From IMG/VR virus record IMGVR_UViG_3300027505_000001, positions 5,381 to 69,380 of that record: a stretch of DNA of 64,000 nt; one strand, 5' to 3'. A program made the position numbers and the translations under genes. Origin of the DNA: a virus. Positions 58,885-64,000 of the stretch are shown piece by piece. The notes under the pieces are model-generated. The model saw only the letters and a list, made by a program, of their open reading frames with translations, searched no databases and was not told the origin of the DNA. Each line of letters starts with the position of its first letter. Position 1 is the first letter of the stretch.

Positions 58885-61404
58885 TTAAATCCCACTTAGC
58901 TGTGCATTAACGTCAGGTTGCGCAGCAAATGTGCCACCAACATTTGCACCAGCTGAAGCGCTAATTTTATTGATGGTAACAGACTGGCCGCCTTGAATGC
59001 TGGCAATAAAGTATTCGACAACGGCAAGGTAGACGACTTGGCTAGTAGACTGTAAGTAACCAAGTGCAATCATATTGACAGAGTTGTTAGTAAGGTCACA
59101 AATATTCTGGAAATCGTCAATCATGCCCTGGTCTAGTAGAGCCTGCATAAACGCGTCCAAGGTAGCCTTAACATTCGAACGCGTCTGGTCCGTTGGACGC
59201 CGGCTTTGAAGCTGGCCCACGTAAATGCCCATGCCGCGATTAAGCGTAGCCGCGATATAGTTCGTCATACGTGTGTAGTTATCGCCGTGGATAACAGCGT
59301 TAGACGAAGTATTTCTGCCGATAGCAACACCAAAGACGTTGCCTTGCGGAATAGGATTGGCAATCAAGTCCCAGCCGCTGCCGGCGATAGCCTGCAGGTC
59401 AGCGTATGTGTAGTTAATTCCGGTAGCAGACTTTTGCGTACCGATAATGCCGAACACCTGCTTATTCAGCGTCGAGTTCTGCGGCGACAGATTGCTAAGC
59501 ATACCGGCGCTGATAGACGCCGGTGACACAAGGCGTTGCAGATTGTTTACCGGATCGAACCAATATACCCAGTCGCCAAACATGGCCTTCATGGCGTACG
59601 AATTGATGCCGTACGTCGATAGCGTACCTTGAGGCCCGGAAGCATTTACAATCGTGTCGCTTGGCGGCCCGGCAACAATCATGTATATGCCTTCGAACAA
59701 GCCGAACGACACCTGCGTTGACCACGTAGACATGTCCGGGCAATCGCACAATAGCGCGATAGATACGCCCTGATTACGCAAAGCATACATGCCAGTGCGG
59801 CTGTAGTTTCCGCTAGGCTGCAGTGAGATTACGTCGGCGCCTAGAAGATAGGTGTTGGCGTTAGAATAGCCTGTAAGCGGATTTGTGCCTAGAAAGCCGG
59901 TATAGCCGTCCGAGCCACCAGCAAGATTTACAAAGTATTTCGTCGGCGCGGGAGAGCTAACTGAGCTAGACCAGTTCGTGACATTGCTGGGGAGCGAAGA
60001 ACCTACCGTTACGGCGCCGTTAACATTACCGTTTTGATAGTTGGTACCAACTCCGGCATTAGCGCGAAGATAAAGAGAACTGCCGCGAATGCCGCTAACG
60101 CCGTTGTTAATTGCGCTAGCAATTGCGGACCACACCTGATTGCCAGACACACCTGCCGAAATATTGTCAAATGTTTCCGGCACCAGGCCGGGCATGGAAA
60201 CGACAACTTTCCAAGACCCGAAAGAAGAGCCGTTGGTGATAGAAATCGTTTCGTTGTTACCGTACGAACCGGTGTAGATTGACCAGAAGCTAATCTGTGG
60301 CACGTTAGCCGTTGAGCCGGCTGTAGCCGCAGTCAGCGTGGTGGTCGCCCCGGCGCCGGAGACGCTAGCCACCACAGTCGGCGCAGCAAGGCCCCAGTGC
60401 AGCTTAAACGAAGGCGCAGGACCACCGAAGCTCAACGAGTCGGATGAGCCGGAGCTGGCAAATGCTGCGTTAGCAACAAGTGTAAGCGTGGTACCTACCC
60501 ACGATGCTACAGTACCAATGGCATCGGAATTGGTGTTGTCGTAAACGGCAATGCCAGTAAACACATTCGATGGGGCCGAGCCGGACATGGTAATGACTTT
60601 GACGGAAGTCGTCCATGAAGACGCGGCGGCCTGTACAGACGTGGAGTCAGGACTAATACCTTCGCTGTAAAGGTATGCATTATTGGCCACTAACGTACCT
60701 AGAGCAGCCGCGCCAGTAGTCAGCGTGTCTGCGCTAGTCATTTGATAAGTGATAGTGGTGGTGGTCCCACCGAAGCCGCCAAAGCTCAACGAATCCGATG
60801 AGCCTGAGCTTGCAGAAGTAGCTGCATAAAGCAGAGTGAGCGTACTTGCGGTGTAGGTAAGAACATTACCGATTTGCTTACCGGTAGTATTATCAAAAAC
60901 GGCGATACCAGGCGTTACACCAGTCGGCGCTACGCCGGACATGGTGATGGTGCGCGAGGAAGTAGTAAAGGAACTTGCAGCCGCCAGCGTTGGGAATGTT
61001 GGAGTGATAGCAAGTGTGAGCACGTCACCGGTGTGCGCGGTGCCGCCAACGGTGATAGCCATTGTCGGGTCAGTGGCAACAAGCGTATACGTGGACGCAG
61101 TATCCGTACCGTCAGTCACGCGATTTACAAGGAAATTCTGCGCGCCTTGCAACGTCGCTAGCGCAACTGCGGTGCCACAATCGAACTGCCTATTGAGTAC
61201 AGGACCGAAATACTGTGCGTACTCCGCCATACTGCCAATGGTGAAAGGCTCGTTCACCGGTCCCCACGACGCCGTACCGACAGGCGCCAGAATGTTAGTA
61301 GGTACGCCATTCAAGAGATAGTTGTTAGGCGGAATGATTTGTACGTATAGACCAGGTACAATAAGCGCGGTGGTATTCAAAGCGCCTTGCTGATAAATAG
61401 GCAA
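58885..61404 (-). CDS. Contractile tail sheath protein with inserted domains
   Basis: PGLYVQII, VGTASWGPVNEP, RLVSPASISAG, DNYTRMTNYIAATL, VVYLAVVEYFI. Confidence 0.92.
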   Translation of the reverse strand: MPIYQQGALNTTALIVPGLYVQIIPPNNYLLNGVPTNILAPVGTASWGPVNEPFTIGSMAEYAQYFGPVLNRQFDCGTAVALATLQGAQNFLVNRVTDGTDTASTYTLVATDPTMAITVGGTAHTGDVLTLAITPTFPTLAAASSFTTSSRTITMSGVAPTGVTPGIAVFDNTTGKQIGNVLTYTASTLTLLYAATSASSGSSDSLSFGGFGGTTTTITYQMTSADTLTTGAAALGTLVANNAYLYSEGISPDSTSVQAAASSWTTSVKVITMSGSAPSNVFTGIAVYDNTNSDAIGTVASWVGTTLTLVANAAFASSGSSDSLSFGGPAPSFKLHWGLAAPTVVASVSGAGATTTLTAATAGSTANVPQISFWSIYTGSYGNNETISITNGSSFGSWKVVVSMPGLVPETFDNISAGVSGNQVWSAIASAINNGVSGIRGSSLYLRANAGVGTNYQNGNVNGAVTVGSSLPSNVTNWSSSVSSPAPTKYFVNLAGGSDGYTGFLGTNPLTGYSNANTYLLGADVISLQPSGNYSRTGMYALRNQGVSIALLCDCPDMSTWSTQVSFGLFEGIYMIVAGPPSDTIVNASGPQGTLSTYGINSYAMKAMFGDWVYWFDPVNNLQRLVSPASISAGMLSNLSPQNSTLNKQVFGIIGTQKSATGINYTYADLQAIAGSGWDLIANPIPQGNVFGVAIGRNTSSNAVIHGDNYTRMTNYIAATLNRGMGIYVGQLQSRRPTDQTRSNVKATLDAFMQALLDQGMIDDFQNICDLTNNSVNMIALGYLQSTSQVVYLAVVEYFIASIQGGQSVTINKISASAGANVGGTFAAQPDVNAQLSGI

Positions 61405-61415
61405 ATGTTAAATCC

Positions 61416-62348
61416 TTATACGTATGGAACAATTGGCTTTGATGCCGGCAATGGCGTTTTCGGTGGATGCGGCGGGTGCGGATAGTAAAATTCGTTAGAT
61501 GGGCTGCTACCAAGCGGTGCGCCGGAGCCTTCAATATTTGCGGCAGTGCTGGTAACCTGCCAGCCCGTATCTAGAACAGTCGTCGCGTACTCAGACGAAT
61601 AAACAAGGTCGCGTCGATATAGACGGACCTTCTGCATTTCGTCAGTGACGTAAGTCCGGACGTAACGAAAACGCGCCTGAGACTGGTCTGGTAGATTGAG
61701 AAAGGTGTTTATAGCTAACGCCGGGTCGATAATGCTACCAGCAAGGTCGCGAATAGTAGGATTAGCGCACCAAAGTGTAATGGTAGTTTGTACAAGTTGG
61801 CGCTTTAACTCCGCCATCTCAGGCCACGACACGCCTAATATCACCTGCATGTAGACGCCAGAATTAACGGTAATAACACCGTTTGACGCCGAACACACGT
61901 ATCCTATTGATGATATAAGTGCTTGTAATCCTTGAGCAATTGTAATGTAGGTGTCAGTTGTTTGTATCTGGTACGAAACTACAATCCGAGTTCCAAGGAA
62001 TAACGTAATGTATTGATTTAATGCCGAAGTATTTGTACCGGCAATAGTGATAGTATTGTTGTTTACAACGGCCGTGAACGTTGGCGCCGAAATAGTTCCT
62101 TGCGGGCTATAAATAACAGGATAGCGCGTCTTGTTAACTTCTGAGTTATTAAGACTATAGACGCTAATATTGAGCGTTCCTGCCGCCAAGTCTATGTCTA
62201 GTGCGTCAGGCGTAGGCCAACCACGATAGATTTTTACTGAAACACCAAGCAGTGTCGAAACTGAATTATTTGCCGTCCAGCCGTTAGGATAAAGCGCCGC
62301 GCCGATAATGTTGACAATCGCGTTTTCTACGTCGCTAATATCTGCCAT
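61416..62348 (-). CDS. Tail terminator/neck protein
   Basis: MADISDVENAIV...KIYRGWPTPDALDIDL; start set at the TAATG overlap. Confidence 0.65.
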   Translation of the reverse strand: MADISDVENAIVNIIGAALYPNGWTANNSVSTLLGVSVKIYRGWPTPDALDIDLAAGTLNISVYSLNNSEVNKTRYPVIYSPQGTISAPTFTAVVNNNTITIAGTNTSALNQYITLFLGTRIVVSYQIQTTDTYITIAQGLQALISSIGYVCSASNGVITVNSGVYMQVILGVSWPEMAELKRQLVQTTITLWCANPTIRDLAGSIIDPALAINTFLNLPDQSQARFRYVRTYVTDEMQKVRLYRRDLVYSSEYATTVLDTGWQVTSTAANIEGSGAPLGSSPSNEFYYPHPPHPPKTPLPASKPIVPYV

Positions 62349-62695
62349 TACGTTGTCAAAATCATGCAGGTAAGTTTGTATCCAAGCGAATTCCAATAAG
62401 CTGCTACTATCACGTATCGCTGTCCAAGGTCGTCAATAACGATATCGCGCTGCATAATCTGTCCAAGTGCAGCCACACTCGCTGGCAAGAAAACGAACCA
62501 GCCGCTAGTCTGTACGTCGCCTGGCACTGTCGATTGATTGCTGCGAACACTAACGCGCTGTTGAAGCGCGGCCGGCAGACCAGTCAGAATGACTGTTTCA
62601 GTTGTGGGTAGTTCGCCGCTATAGCCTACGACACCGGCACCAGTCGATATGTATGGACGATTAATGCTAACAGTTCGATTGTAAATGAATGACAT
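62348..62695 (-). CDS. Head closure/head-tail joining protein
   Basis: 115 aa; QRDIVIDDLGQRYVIVAAYWNSLGY. Confidence 0.65.
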   Translation of the reverse strand: MSFIYNRTVSINRPYISTGAGVVGYSGELPTTETVILTGLPAALQQRVSVRSNQSTVPGDVQTSGWFVFLPASVAALGQIMQRDIVIDDLGQRYVIVAAYWNSLGYKLTCMILTT

Positions 62696-63624
62696 TAAAC
62701 AAACAATCGGACCTTGAATAGCTCAAGCTGCTCTCTCATATCGGCGTCCAGAACCGTGTTTTCAAATCGCGTTAGCGCTGTGTCGCCGGCTTTTGCCATT
62801 TTAATGCCGCCGGTAAGTGAAGCGGTGTTAATGTTGGCGCTTATGATAGACGCGCACACCTGCTTGATTATGGGAGGTAATGAATTCTGCGGCCAGCCGG
62901 CAACGTAGTAAACGCGTACATCACTGTAGTAGGCCAAGAAGATACCGGACGGTATCCAAATCTCATTCGTTATCGAGTTGAAGTCCGCCTGCGTCACGTC
63001 CCATGCCGTCCACTCCGGCGGTCCGCCAAAAGTTTGCAGAAGCGACATCACTGTTTGGTCGCTGAAAAGTCCCATCGTCTGGTCTGACCGCCGGCCATAT
63101 CGGTAGCTGCCCTGACCGCTGATAATCCGGCAAATCGGCCACCTCGACAAGCGCGTTAGGGAACGCCGGGCCGGCATCATCTTCTGTTCTCGAATGCACA
63201 AGCCGAATTCCATTAAGGCGCCAGTTGTATGCGCGTTCGCTACAGTAGCTAGCGTAATAGACGAATTCGTCGTGGATACAATTACACACGCTTCCGCGAC
63301 TCCTGTCTGGCCTTGCGTTGCCGATAGTCTGTCAAGGATAACAACGTCGCCTTGCGTCCCGAAGTTTCCTAGCTGCCCACCGCCGCCTATCGGCACCACA
63401 ACGTTTGTGCCTGGCGAAATCGGAGCCGTTGTTTTAATCGGTAGGTGACTAGAAAGGCCGGCCATGTAGCATGGATTACCGGCATAATCAGGCAGCCACA
63501 CGAGGCCTTCCGGCCGCTTGAGATAGGCATCAATCAGCGCACTAGCCTGCAGGATTTGCGGATTTGTAGCGTTAGGCACACCGTAGGTATTCAAATCTGC
63601 TGCAGAAAGATACGCTGAAGGCAT
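62695..63624 (-). CDS. Head-tail connector/adaptor-like protein
   Basis: ILQASALIDAYL start; VYYVAGWPQNSLPPIIKQVCA end. Confidence 0.7.
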   Translation of the reverse strand: MPSAYLSAADLNTYGVPNATNPQILQASALIDAYLKRPEGLVWLPDYAGNPCYMAGLSSHLPIKTTAPISPGTNVVVPIGGGGQLGNFGTQGDVVILDRLSATQGQTGVAEACVIVSTTNSSITLATVANAHTTGALMEFGLCIREQKMMPARRSLTRLSRWPICRIISGQGSYRYGRRSDQTMGLFSDQTVMSLLQTFGGPPEWTAWDVTQADFNSITNEIWIPSGIFLAYYSDVRVYYVAGWPQNSLPPIIKQVCASIISANINTASLTGGIKMAKAGDTALTRFENTVLDADMREQLELFKVRLFV

Positions 63625-63926
63625 TATGCGTGCGCCGGTACTTCAACAACATTTCCTAGTGCGTCAAAAAGGCGACGAATTTGACGGCGAAACTTAGTCT
63701 TATGCGCAAGATTGCGCTCAATCATGTATTTGGCGATAGAGTCTTGCGTTACTGCTTCGCCGTTAACAAACTCGACAACGAACGTTATAGGATCGCCGCT
63801 TGCTGTCATCCACTCCGAAGGAAATGCCGCGCCGTCATACTGTTTCGGCGAATGAAAATCACGGTCGCCGGCAGGTGTGACATGAACCCTTGCGTATGTC
63901 GCATCGTTGTGCTGATAGACTTTCAT
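63624..63926 (-). CDS. Hypothetical virion protein
   Basis: 100 aa, AAGGAG RBS. Confidence 0.6.
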   Translation of the reverse strand: MKVYQHNDATYARVHVTPAGDRDFHSPKQYDGAAFPSEWMTASGDPITFVVEFVNGEAVTQDSIAKYMIERNLAHKTKFRRQIRRLFDALGNVVEVPAHA

Positions 63927-64000
63927 GGTGACTCCTTGTTTTTTATGAATATGTGCCGGCAGACTCCGCGCGAAATCTGCCGGCGAACGGACACCGTGCT

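Noticed and set aside
40815-63448. Numerous + strand ORFs of 60-170 aa over the structural operon
   Set aside because: They are antisense shadows of biased-codon genes with no RBS or recognisable motifs; the imm cassette is the exception.
63954-63984. Hairpin GCCGGCAGA...TCTGCCGGC near the window end
   Set aside because: It lacks the guide core and a U-tract; possibly an mRNA stabiliser or processing site, but the context is cut off.
1-64000. tRNA or rRNA genes, including an amber suppressor
   Set aside because: I saw no cloverleaf with a T-loop GTTCGA and proper arms; a tRNAscan-SE/ARAGORN run would be needed to exclude divergent ones.

Overview
The window is most of a temperate, contractile-tailed (myovirus-type) phage genome, most likely of an alphaproteobacterial host (inferred from gene families and promoter style, not proven). 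It starts inside the portal gene and ends among head-tail genes; I recognised no major capsid, protease or endolysin gene, so these probably lie outside the window. Leftward arm (1-19.0 kb): portal, terL, PhoH, terS, ThyX, a class II ribonucleotide reductase split into three genes, dNMP kinase, a ~1000-aa GH74-like beta-propeller protein, a metallophosphoesterase and small ORFs. Centre: an AT-rich non-coding region, ParB-methyltransferase, a VPLPA-CTERM-type protein, and a replication/recombination module (primase-polymerase, SF2 helicase, MTase, PD-(D/E)XK nuclease, SSB, AAA ATPase, VRR-NUC). Then a CI-like repressor, xis, tyrosine integrase and a probable attP, followed by a leftward baseplate/tail/neck operon. 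The main result is an RNA-guided system: a nuclease-less Nop/IS110-C-terminal-domain protein (36848-37702, TasA-like) with 14 stem-loop units of the form stem-GC-T-N10-TGATACCT-N10-T-GC-stem. Eight units flank or overlap its locus and six are dispersed (12.0, 15.3, 50.5 and 53.3-53.7 kb). Four dispersed units start at the predicted +1 of their own TTGAC-N17-CATAT-type promoter. Most of these promoters carry a 14-bp near-palindrome, ATG(A/C)CANGTGGCAT, that recurs about 20 times in the window. All family assignments come from motif recognition by eye; no searches were run.
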